Shown here piece after piece: positions 26,545 to 34,920 of a DNA stretch of 64,000 nt. Each line of letters begins with the position of its first letter. Position 1 is the stretch's first letter. The notes below the pieces were generated by a model that was not told the origin of the DNA, made no database searches, and saw only the letters and a list, made by a program, of their open reading frames with translations. Origin of the DNA: a virus; IMG/VR virus record IMGVR_UViG_3300046163_000090, positions 32,001 through 96,000 of that record; one strand, 5' to 3'. A program made the position numbers and the translations under genes.

Positions 26545-27653
26545 AAATCGGAATTACTTTAAATATGTCGCAGAGTTTTTGGTCTAATGGCTTAAATCAA
26601 AATGTTAAAATGCTCGTAGATTTACTGAAAAGGCTTGGTCATACAGTATACTATATCACAAATAGCGAAATAAATAAAAAACAATTTAATTTTAAATTTA
26701 ATTCAATTGATTTAAAAACCCTTCAGCATGGCAAAGGTCCAAACTTGGATATTTTGATTTCTGCTGGCTTTGAGTTTCATGTTAATACTCTAGAGTTACT
26801 AAAAAATAAAAACAACAATCTAAAAATAATTCTTCTTCAATTAGGTAATAAGGTTATGTTTGATATGAGTTATTTACTTTTTGAAAAAAGAGAGCAAAAC
26901 TTTGAACTCAATACCGTTGAATCAATGAGTCGCTTTATTGATGCTGTATGGATCTCGCCGCATCACTCTTTTGGTGCCGAATATGTAAAAATAGCTTACG
27001 GTTGCGAGAATCTAAAGGTTGCTCCTTTTATATGGGATCCTTGTTTTATTCAGAGTAAAATTGCAGATCTAAAAAAGAAAGGTAGAAGTCCATTTTTTGA
27101 CCCCGCTAAAGTGAATACAGTGCAGATATTTGAGTCCAATAGCATTATTAATAAGCACATGCTTATTCCCTTTTCGATTTCTCAGAAGTTTGAGTTAGAT
27201 TTTCCAAACACATTAAGTAAAATTAATATTTTTTGTTGTACAAAAATAAGACACCAAACATACTTTAAAACCTGGATGAGTGCATTTGAAATAGTTCGCA
27301 GGAAAAACTTTGTATTTTTTAATGACAGATGGAACTCTCTTGATGCTTTAGCTAATTTCGGTGGAGTAGTAGTTTCTCATCACTACGACAATGATTTAAA
27401 TTATGCTCATTTAGAAGCTTTATATATGGGCATACCTTTAGTTCATAATTCAGAAACCCTTTGTGATCATGGGTATTTCTATCCAAAATTTGATATTTCC
27501 ATGGGTTCAAATCAACTGTATTCAGCAATTAATAATCATGAACAAGTTCACGATGAATATATGTCTACCGCTAGAGAATTTATTAAAAATACTTTTAGCC
27601 CTTATAATGATCATATAATGAATACATATCAAAAAATGATAGAAGATGTCTAA
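26541..27653 (+). CDS. DUF2827-like GT-B glycosyltransferase-like protein (tandem paralogue)
   Basis: WSNGLNQN, WISPH, PFIWDP and LNYAHLEALYMGIPLVHNS; clearly paralogous to the upstream gene. Confidence 0.72.
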   Translation: MKIGITLNMSQSFWSNGLNQNVKMLVDLLKRLGHTVYYITNSEINKKQFNFKFNSIDLKTLQHGKGPNLDILISAGFEFHVNTLELLKNKNNNLKIILLQLGNKVMFDMSYLLFEKREQNFELNTVESMSRFIDAVWISPHHSFGAEYVKIAYGCENLKVAPFIWDPCFIQSKIADLKKKGRSPFFDPAKVNTVQIFESNSIINKHMLIPFSISQKFELDFPNTLSKINIFCCTKIRHQTYFKTWMSAFEIVRRKNFVFFNDRWNSLDALANFGGVVVSHHYDNDLNYAHLEALYMGIPLVHNSETLCDHGYFYPKFDISMGSNQLYSAINNHEQVHDEYMSTAREFIKNTFSPYNDHIMNTYQKMIEDV

Positions 27654-28470
27654 AAACTTCAAAGCTAGCTATGTAGATCAAAATTTTAAAAATAAACAGC
27701 AATCGTTTATTCGACTTTCTATTCTTTGGAACCATTTTCTATATAGACCAGAAGATCATACTGAAAAAACTGTTCCTGCGGTTGATTGGTTGAGTTACTG
27801 TGATAAACACATCCATCACCCAAAGCCAGACGAAAGTATATTTACTTGCTATAATGGATGCAAGGATATTGCTATTGTGATGATGTATACTCCAGAAATA
27901 TATGACTTCGCCGTGCATTCAGAAAAGAGCATTCAACAGTATGCTGAATATCAGGGTTATACTCTCTATGTATACAGAGATAACTTAGATAAATCTCAAC
28001 ACCCAAATTGGTCTAAACCTCAAGCTTTATTAAATCATATGAGCCACCATAGCCACATTATATGGATGGATTCAGATACTTTAATATTTAATCCAGAAAA
28101 AAAACTAGAGTCAATTATAGAAAAAGCTCCAAAGAAATTCATACTTGCAACAAAAGATATCGGCGATCATTGCATGCTAAATAGCGGGGTATTAATATTT
28201 AAGTCCCATAATTATACTAAAAACTTAATCACAAAATGGCGCGATTTTAATGGAGACAAATCCTCGCTATACGCAAGCGGCGGAGATCAAGAGATATTTT
28301 GCGAGATTTTAAGAAAAAGCGATAGTTTTGGTTTTAATAGGAAAATATTTGAAATGAACGAATTTAATACCGATCCTAGATTAGTAAATAAAGACACATT
28401 TATATTACACTTTATGGCCTACCCAGATCCTCTTAAAAAAATCTTTATGTCATACTGGCATTCAAAATAA
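27646..28470 (+). CDS. GT34 (GMA12/MNN10-like) glycosyltransferase
   Basis: YAEYQGY, PNWSK, IWMDSD (DxD), LNSGV, DQ and FILHF motifs of the GT34 GT-A fold. Confidence 0.8.
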   Translation: MSKNFKASYVDQNFKNKQQSFIRLSILWNHFLYRPEDHTEKTVPAVDWLSYCDKHIHHPKPDESIFTCYNGCKDIAIVMMYTPEIYDFAVHSEKSIQQYAEYQGYTLYVYRDNLDKSQHPNWSKPQALLNHMSHHSHIIWMDSDTLIFNPEKKLESIIEKAPKKFILATKDIGDHCMLNSGVLIFKSHNYTKNLITKWRDFNGDKSSLYASGGDQEIFCEILRKSDSFGFNRKIFEMNEFNTDPRLVNKDTFILHFMAYPDPLKKIFMSYWHSK

Positions 28471-28516
28471 TTAAAAAAAAATTTCACAAAATTAAATTTT
28501 TGTTGTAACATAAGGT

Positions 28517-29407
28517 ATGGCAAAGATATTCTCTGTTGAGAAATTATCTATTAATGGCGATAATATTCGCCTTAAATCGTCAGGCGCTGACAAGTTTGAA
28601 ATTACAGACTCGAATGACAGCGTCCTTATGAGTAAAGCTTCCATTGAAACCGATGTTGACAGCCTTAACTCTCAAGACTCCACAAACCTCGCCTCAGTTA
28701 ACTCTTCGATTGAAAGTTTGTCTACTCTTGAAGCTGCTGACGTATCCGCATTAGATGCTGACGTTCTTAGCCTTAACGCTCAAGACTCCACAAACCTCGC
28801 CGCAGTTAACTCTTCGATTGAAAGTTTGTCTACTCTTGAAGCTAATGACGTATCCGCATTAGATGCTGACGTTCTTAGCCTTAACGCTCAAGACTCCACA
28901 AACCTCGCCGCAGTTAACTCTTCGATTGAAAGTTTGTCTACTCTTGAAGCTAATGACGTATCCGCATTAGATGCTGACGTTCTTAGCCTTAACGCTCAAG
29001 ACTCCACAAACCTCGCCGCAGTTAACTCTTCGATTGAAAGTTTGTCTACTCTTGAAGCTAATGACGTATCCGCATTAGATGCTGACGTTCTTAGCCTTAA
29101 CACTCAAGACTCCGCAAACCTCGCCACAGTTAACTCTTCGATTGCAAGCATAGCTAGTTTGGTTGGTGATAATGATGTGGTTGCGATATCTACGGATCTT
29201 CTTACATCAGACAACGATTCTAAAACAATTAGTTTTGGTCGTACTTTTGATTCTGCTCCTACAGTTACAGCATCTATGCAAGCTGGAGCAACAGATCCAA
29301 TTATTGGAGTTCAAATCAGTGCTATCAGCACAACTGAATGTACTCTTCAGTTCTCCGATGATATTCCTAACGGAAATTATAAAGTTAAAATCTTAGCTTC
29401 CATATAA
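28517..29407 (+). CDS. Fibre-like protein: 36-aa coiled-coil repeats plus C-terminal H-type-lectin-like beta domain
   Basis: About 4.5 copies of SLNAQDSTNLAAVNSSIESLSTLEANDVSALDADVL, then ISFGRTFDSAPTVTAS. It has its own upstream motif and a downstream terminator. Confidence 0.65.
   Translation: MAKIFSVEKLSINGDNIRLKSSGADKFEITDSNDSVLMSKASIETDVDSLNSQDSTNLASVNSSIESLSTLEAADVSALDADVLSLNAQDSTNLAAVNSSIESLSTLEANDVSALDADVLSLNAQDSTNLAAVNSSIESLSTLEANDVSALDADVLSLNAQDSTNLAAVNSSIESLSTLEANDVSALDADVLSLNTQDSANLATVNSSIASIASLVGDNDVVAISTDLLTSDNDSKTISFGRTFDSAPTVTASMQAGATDPIIGVQISAISTTECTLQFSDDIPNGNYKVKILASI
28661..29144 (+). repeat. 108-bp coding tandem repeat (~4.5 copies)
   Basis: Units start at 28661, 28769, 28877, 28985 and 29093 and are near-identical. 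Confidence 0.95.
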
Positions 29408-29432
29408 TTCGAAAGGAATTAATTCTTAACCT

Positions 29433-29461
29433 AGGTAGCCCTTTCGGGGGCTACCTTTTTT
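29433..29461 (+). terminator. Rho-independent terminator
   Basis: AGGTAGCCCT-TTCG-GGGGCTACCT followed by a T-run. Confidence 0.9.
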
Positions 29462-29477
29462 ATGTGTAAAATATATT

Positions 29478-30155
29478 ATGGACGACTGGACCGATCTTTT
29501 TAAAAAAAGACAAAAAGATGAACTCGGGGCTTATATTCCTGAAAATGCTCGATTTAAAGAATCTAGTGAAATTTCAAGTGAAGTAAACGAAGAGGCTCAC
29601 AAAAAAGCTTTAGATAAAAAATTTAAAAAACTTAAACATCAAATATCTTATTTGGATATAGAGTTAGAGGATGTTACTGTAAATTTCAAACACGCACAAA
29701 AGACTTTTATACAAACAATGTTTGAATACTGTTCTCGAAAAAAAATACATTCTCCGTTTGAATCTTGTGAATCTAAAGTAGAAAAAAATAATGATAGCCC
29801 TGAACAAATAAAAGATTTATATAGAGAAATTGCAAAAATTACTCACCCAGATAAAAATCGTGATTTATCTGATGAAGAATCAGAGTATATGGCGAACCTA
29901 TATTACGAAGCTAGCGAGGGCAAAACTTCTGGAGATTTTCACAAAATCTTAAGTGTTGCAATGGATTTAAATATAGAAATCCAAAACATTAATCCAGAGA
30001 TACTAGATACTATGCATTCTGAAATTAAAAAGATGAAGAAAAAAATATCAAAAATGAAAAATGATATTATGTATAAATGGTTTTATGCAGATGAAAATCA
30101 ACAACAAAAGATATTTGAAACTATTACTAAAGACTGTAAACTTATTAATCAATAA
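29478..30155 (+). CDS. J-domain (DnaJ-like) co-chaperone
   Basis: IKDLYREIAKITHPDKN J-domain motif flanked by coiled coils. Confidence 0.8.
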   Translation: MDDWTDLFKKRQKDELGAYIPENARFKESSEISSEVNEEAHKKALDKKFKKLKHQISYLDIELEDVTVNFKHAQKTFIQTMFEYCSRKKIHSPFESCESKVEKNNDSPEQIKDLYREIAKITHPDKNRDLSDEESEYMANLYYEASEGKTSGDFHKILSVAMDLNIEIQNINPEILDTMHSEIKKMKKKISKMKNDIMYKWFYADENQQQKIFETITKDCKLINQ

Positions 30156-31041
30156 TAAATGCCGCAACTTCTAAAGCGTAGTTGTTTGATGGTAATCTAG
30201 ATGAAAATACAAATTTAGCTCCATTTAATCCAACTGCACCTTCAAGCCTATAAGCCACAATCGGATCTTCTTCATTCCTACTTCTAAGAGTAGCTAATAC
30301 GGTTGGAGTAGTTTCTGGATTGTAAGAGTTGGACCAATCTACGAATAGTTCGTCTTGTCCTTGAGGTATAATAATAGTCTCAGCGAATCCGTTTATTTTG
30401 CTTGCCGATATATCTAGCTTTACTGCATCAATTTGTTCTTGAATTGAATCTAATTGAGTTAATACTTCCTTGAGATCTTCAACCTCTTGAGCTAAATCTT
30501 TGCTTTCCTGCATTTGATAGTTTGCATCTTCTACGCCGCCATCTACACCAGCCACTTGTAAAGGTAATGATCCATACATGTTATATGAATGCACCATTTT
30601 TTCAAGTAAAGCCATTGCGTCCCTAGATGAATCTTGGAATATTTTAGCTGAAGTATTTTTAGATGTAGATGTTGCTATAGATCTTCTAATTGAGGTGTCA
30701 CCCTCTCTAAGCTCTACCCAGTCTGTGACCCCATCTGTTGTAGTTGTTGTTGATGAAGTGGTTGTCGCATTTCTGAGAACATTCCTGGCTTGCTTTTGCA
30801 TATAATCCTTAAGATACAGCTGTGTGAAGATCGCTTTTTCTTCATACTGCAATGCGGGTTGAACTTCGTCCTTTATTTTATTTAAATGAAAATCTGTATT
30901 CAATAAAGTATTAATTTGCCCAAGATTAACATCAAGGTAACCTGAGATCAGGAGAGCATTCCTTTCTCTTTCTAGAGATGAAGAATGATCCCCGAACTCA
31001 ATGTCCCATATATGATATGCTAGCTCGCCGAGCTGATTCAT
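30145..31041 (-). CDS. Putative head-tail connector/neck protein with C-terminal lectin-like domain
   Basis: Downstream of the capsid gene. Helical N-terminus with ELREGDTSI, and a C-terminal domain similar to that of 28517-29407. Confidence 0.5.
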   Translation of the reverse strand: MNQLGELAYHIWDIEFGDHSSSLERERNALLISGYLDVNLGQINTLLNTDFHLNKIKDEVQPALQYEEKAIFTQLYLKDYMQKQARNVLRNATTTSSTTTTTDGVTDWVELREGDTSIRRSIATSTSKNTSAKIFQDSSRDAMALLEKMVHSYNMYGSLPLQVAGVDGGVEDANYQMQESKDLAQEVEDLKEVLTQLDSIQEQIDAVKLDISASKINGFAETIIIPQGQDELFVDWSNSYNPETTPTVLATLRSRNEEDPIVAYRLEGAVGLNGAKFVFSSRLPSNNYALEVAAFIID

Positions 31042-31427
31042 TATTCGTTAATAATTCTTAGTATTTCTTCAGCTTTTTTTGATTTTGGATCAACAATAGG
31101 CTTAGATGATGTGCTTGCGCCGTACCTACCATTAGTCCTATTTTCGTACTCTTTAATTAATTTGTTTTTTAGAGTTGTTTTTGTTCCAGAAGGAAATACT
31201 CCAGCTTGCACTGCAATTTCCTGAAGCTGCGAGAGTCCCATAGTGGAAACTGCATCCTCAAAGCTCTCTCCGCTAGCCAATTGAAATGGATCCCTCTTGC
31301 TAACTGACATTAATTCTTCTACTGTTTTTGCAACATCTTTACGATTATCTGCTTTTTTACCATCTGCATACTGCATTGGCTTCTTTGTAGAAGTTTTTTT
31401 AGTTGTTTTCTTTTTACTTGTTGCCAT
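31041..31427 (-). CDS. Hypothetical basic protein (head region)
   Basis: K/T-rich N-terminus, upstream GTGTA motif, coupled to the next gene. Confidence 0.65.
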   Translation of the reverse strand: MATSKKKTTKKTSTKKPMQYADGKKADNRKDVAKTVEELMSVSKRDPFQLASGESFEDAVSTMGLSQLQEIAVQAGVFPSGTKTTLKNKLIKEYENRTNGRYGASTSSKPIVDPKSKKAEEILRIINE

Positions 31428-31478
31428 AATAAACCTTACATTTTAAAGTTGTATACACATATAATATGCTTAATAAAC

Positions 31479-31507
31479 AAAAAATCCACCGAAAAGGTGG
31501 ATTTTTT
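31479..31507 (-). terminator. Rho-independent terminator after the major capsid gene (possibly bidirectional)
   Basis: AAAAAATCCACC-GAAAA-GGTGGATTTTTT hairpin with A/T runs on both sides. Confidence 0.85.
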
Positions 31508-31532
31508 GATAAAGAATATTGATTGCAATATC

Positions 31533-32642
31533 TTACACTACGATACCGAAAAGAGCTCGGTTGTCAAGAATCATACGACCTTCTTCAACAGATCCATAGT
31601 ATCCGATCTTGGACTGGCGAACACTGTATTGATCGTCAGCAACCAAGGAGAACTCGGAACCTGTTTCAGAATCGGTAGCAACTGCACGAAGCATAGATTC
31701 AACACGTTTGTCAAGACCAATAACGATTTCGTGATCAGCATCAGCAAATCCTACACCAGTCGAAACACGGTTAGCATCGCTGTCAAGAGCTTCGAAAAGC
31801 TTATTGAAGCGTTGACCTTTACCCATTTCTTGAAGCTCCATGATGTTAATACCATAGAATTCAGGAATACCACCGTTAGAGTAAACAGCTTCACGCATGC
31901 TATCAGTAGCAGTGATGTCTGTGTTATTTCCACGAGTGTTAATTGGGTTATAAGCCATTTCACGAAGGCCTTGTACAACTTCAGGAGAAACGATCAAGTC
32001 AGTTACTCCACGACCACCGATACCGCCTTCAGGTGTTCCACCTGTCCACGCAGTGTTGATACGTTTACCAAGAGTAAGAAGCTTGTTAAAGTCGTCAAGG
32101 ATTAGACGAGATTGCCCAACGTTAGCAGCAACATTGATGTGTGACCTGCCTTTGGTTGAAGCTTCTGCGAGAGCACCAAGCATAAGAGTTGCAGAGTTGC
32201 GCTCTTGCTTAAGTAAAACTTCTTGCGCTACGCGAGTAAAAGATTTACTGATAACATCCATACGGGAGCGTTGAGCATAACGCTTATCGAAATCAACAGC
32301 ACTATCAAGGCGATAGGTTGTGAATTTCATTTCACCACCGATAGGTGTTACAGTGTTTGTAGGAAGACCTCCAGGCACTGCTTGACTCCATACTGTGACA
32401 TAATCTTCGTCAGTAATGTCATAGTAAAGATCCATGGGAATGCTTGGGCTTTCATCCGCACTAAATTGAAAGTTTGAGAAAAGATTACTCAAGGTTGGAG
32501 CTTGATTAATAACCTTTGCGAGAACTGGTCCAATAAATTCTGCTAGAGCAACTTGAGCTTCGTATGCGACATCACGATTTTTGGATGCCATGGCTTTTAC
32601 TAGCTCGACTTGTTCTTCTGTTCTTTTTAATGTAATTTTCAT
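31533..32642 (-). CDS. Major capsid protein (HK97 fold)
   Basis: 369 aa, at the end of the portal-protease/scaffold-decoration order, with biased codon usage, DLIVSPE and FYGINIME motifs and a strong terminator. Confidence 0.85.
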   Translation of the reverse strand: MKITLKRTEEQVELVKAMASKNRDVAYEAQVALAEFIGPVLAKVINQAPTLSNLFSNFQFSADESPSIPMDLYYDITDEDYVTVWSQAVPGGLPTNTVTPIGGEMKFTTYRLDSAVDFDKRYAQRSRMDVISKSFTRVAQEVLLKQERNSATLMLGALAEASTKGRSHINVAANVGQSRLILDDFNKLLTLGKRINTAWTGGTPEGGIGGRGVTDLIVSPEVVQGLREMAYNPINTRGNNTDITATDSMREAVYSNGGIPEFYGINIMELQEMGKGQRFNKLFEALDSDANRVSTGVGFADADHEIVIGLDKRVESMLRAVATDSETGSEFSLVADDQYSVRQSKIGYYGSVEEGRMILDNRALFGIVV

Positions 32643-32672
32643 TTTTTAAATTTTACCTTTCTTTATTAAAAA

Positions 32673-33356
32673 TTATGCACAGTCGATTTTGACAATGTAA
32701 TATGCTCCTTTTTGAAATCCAGCTTTTCCGAAAACATTAGTTCCACCTTGAGAACCAGCTTCGTCATCACGATCTCCGACAGCAAGAATTTGACCAACAA
32801 TTTGGTTGGTTGCACTACCACGATCAACAGGCTCAACCTGACCATCTGCAGCGGTTTGCAATACTTGTCCAACTGTACCAGCTCCTGTAAGAGCATCAGC
32901 TGAAAGAGTAACTAAACCTTTAGATAGAACAGGTACTGCTTCGCCAGGAAGAACTCCGAAAAGTTCGTCTTTCTTTACTGGGTTGTAAAGCAAGTTCTCG
33001 CCGTTTTCGTCGCGAGTAACGGTTTGACGAAGCGTGATTCCAATGCAGCTTTCGGTTGCAGTTCCAGCAGTTGGGGAAACACTAAGAGCTGCTTGAGGGT
33101 AAGTGTTGCGTCCAACATGTGGATAGTCAGTTTTTCCAAGCAAACTTGCTGGATTCGATGTTACATCTACTGGATCCCAGTCACCCGTAAGATCTCCTGC
33201 GGATACGGTTACGAATACTCCAGCATCTCCTTGAGCTGTTGACCTTTTAGAAGAGTCAGACAGATCGATAAAGTCACTAAGATTTCCAGCACTTTTGAAT
33301 AAGTTTACGACATCATGTTCATCGTAATCTCTAAACGGTAATAGTCTAATAGCCAT
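32673..33356 (-). CDS. Capsid decoration/cement protein
   Basis: Between scaffold and MCP. GEAVPVLSKGLV...VGQILA...IVKIDC is a beta-tulip-like pattern. Confidence 0.65.
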   Translation of the reverse strand: MAIRLLPFRDYDEHDVVNLFKSAGNLSDFIDLSDSSKRSTAQGDAGVFVTVSAGDLTGDWDPVDVTSNPASLLGKTDYPHVGRNTYPQAALSVSPTAGTATESCIGITLRQTVTRDENGENLLYNPVKKDELFGVLPGEAVPVLSKGLVTLSADALTGAGTVGQVLQTAADGQVEPVDRGSATNQIVGQILAVGDRDDEAGSQGGTNVFGKAGFQKGAYYIVKIDCA

Positions 33357-33375
33357 TTTTAATTATTCCTTTATT

Positions 33376-34905
33376 TTAGTAGTTAATTGTTAAATTGTCT
33401 TCAGAAAAAGCTTTCTGAAACTTATCCTTTAAAGATAACTCTTTTTCAGAAGATTCAGCATTGTTATTAGCGACAACTTCTTCTTCTGCTTCTACAGAAT
33501 CAATAGCTTCTTCAACTACTTCTTCTTCAGTTTCTTTGCCAGACTTAAGTTCTTCAAGTCTTTTTTCTACAGCCTCAGCAAGCTTTGAATTAAATTCTTC
33601 TTGCTGTTGAGCGATAAATTCTTTGTTCTGATGCTTAAGTACGACTTGAAGTTTTTCTTGGAAAGCTGCAAAAGCTTCTTCAGATTCATCAAGGTTCTTA
33701 AGTTCACTAGCTACAACCTTACGACTTTCGTCATCAAGCTCATAGATGTCTTCTACCACAGACATTCTCGAATCAAAACGAGCGACTGCCTCTTGTTGTT
33801 TTTGGCTTTGCTCTAATTCAGAAACGCGCTCTTTTGCAGTTTCGAGTTCTTCGCGAAGCTGCTTAACCTCTTCTGCATTTTCTTCTGCAGCCTTGGCCAG
33901 TTCAGCTTTTTCAGTCTCAAGCTTATCTTTCTCTTGCACAAAAGAATCATTGCGCTCAAGAATAGCGTCGTTAATAATTTTAGAAACAGTTGCCACAGCC
34001 TCTTCAGAAAACTTCTTACTGGAAGTCTGCTCTTCGAGGGCTGACACTAAGTTATTTAAAATTTCGTTATTGTCCATAATAGTACTTTTTTTGTTAATTA
34101 CATTAGAATTGTTGTTTTGTGAAATATTTTTTTTAGTTTTTTCGTGCTTTTCCTCTATTTCATGTTTTGCACTAACAGTCAAACCTTTAACATCTGCTGC
34201 TGGATTAGATGTAAAACCAATACCCAGGGGAAGGATTTGCCCTTTAATTAAGCGGTGTATAGGTGAGCCGTCTTTCATTTTGCCCTCTCCCCCAAAACTT
34301 TTTAAGTTACCTTTAAGTTCATCAATTATTTTTTCATCCTCAATAATCTCTGCTTCACTCAAATTATCGCTTCCGACAGCCAATACAAAATCATTAAATC
34401 CGATTTCCCAGCTAGCTGAAACTTGATGATAAAATTCACTTTCAGGATCGACTGACTGTTCAACAAGATTTGCAAATTGAGGATTTACAGTTTTATATAT
34501 TAACGAAGCGAGCGCGATATTAAATGGTTGATCCATTTCGGCAGCCTCTTCAGCTGTTATAATTTCATTGTCAAGAAAACTAGCAAAAGAAGCTGATACA
34601 ATATGACCAACGACTTTTTGTTTTTGATGCTCAATGTTTGTAGGTTTATGTTTAAATTGATTTAATATCTCTACAGCTGACTGAGAATTAATGCCATCTC
34701 CGTTTTTATTAAACTTATTAACAAGAGCTCCATTAAATGCTACAGCCAAAAGGTCTAAATTTTTATCAAGATCAACATCGTCAGGTATAATCTCTTTTAA
34801 TGAATCAAGTGAAGCTTTACTGATACCAATTTCAGGAGAGTCAATTCCTCCAGAAGCTAAAATAGTATTAGAAAATTTTGTTTTATATTTAAATTTAGAG
34901 CTCAT
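33376..34905 (-). CDS. Prohead protease / scaffold fusion
   Basis: NKNGDG, KPTNIEH, VGHI, ASWE and NPAAD protease-type motifs, followed by a long acidic coiled-coil scaffold. Confidence 0.82.
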   Translation of the reverse strand: MSSKFKYKTKFSNTILASGGIDSPEIGISKASLDSLKEIIPDDVDLDKNLDLLAVAFNGALVNKFNKNGDGINSQSAVEILNQFKHKPTNIEHQKQKVVGHIVSASFASFLDNEIITAEEAAEMDQPFNIALASLIYKTVNPQFANLVEQSVDPESEFYHQVSASWEIGFNDFVLAVGSDNLSEAEIIEDEKIIDELKGNLKSFGGEGKMKDGSPIHRLIKGQILPLGIGFTSNPAADVKGLTVSAKHEIEEKHEKTKKNISQNNNSNVINKKSTIMDNNEILNNLVSALEEQTSSKKFSEEAVATVSKIINDAILERNDSFVQEKDKLETEKAELAKAAEENAEEVKQLREELETAKERVSELEQSQKQQEAVARFDSRMSVVEDIYELDDESRKVVASELKNLDESEEAFAAFQEKLQVVLKHQNKEFIAQQQEEFNSKLAEAVEKRLEELKSGKETEEEVVEEAIDSVEAEEEVVANNNAESSEKELSLKDKFQKAFSEDNLTINY

Positions 34906-34920
34906 AAATATGTTTATACA

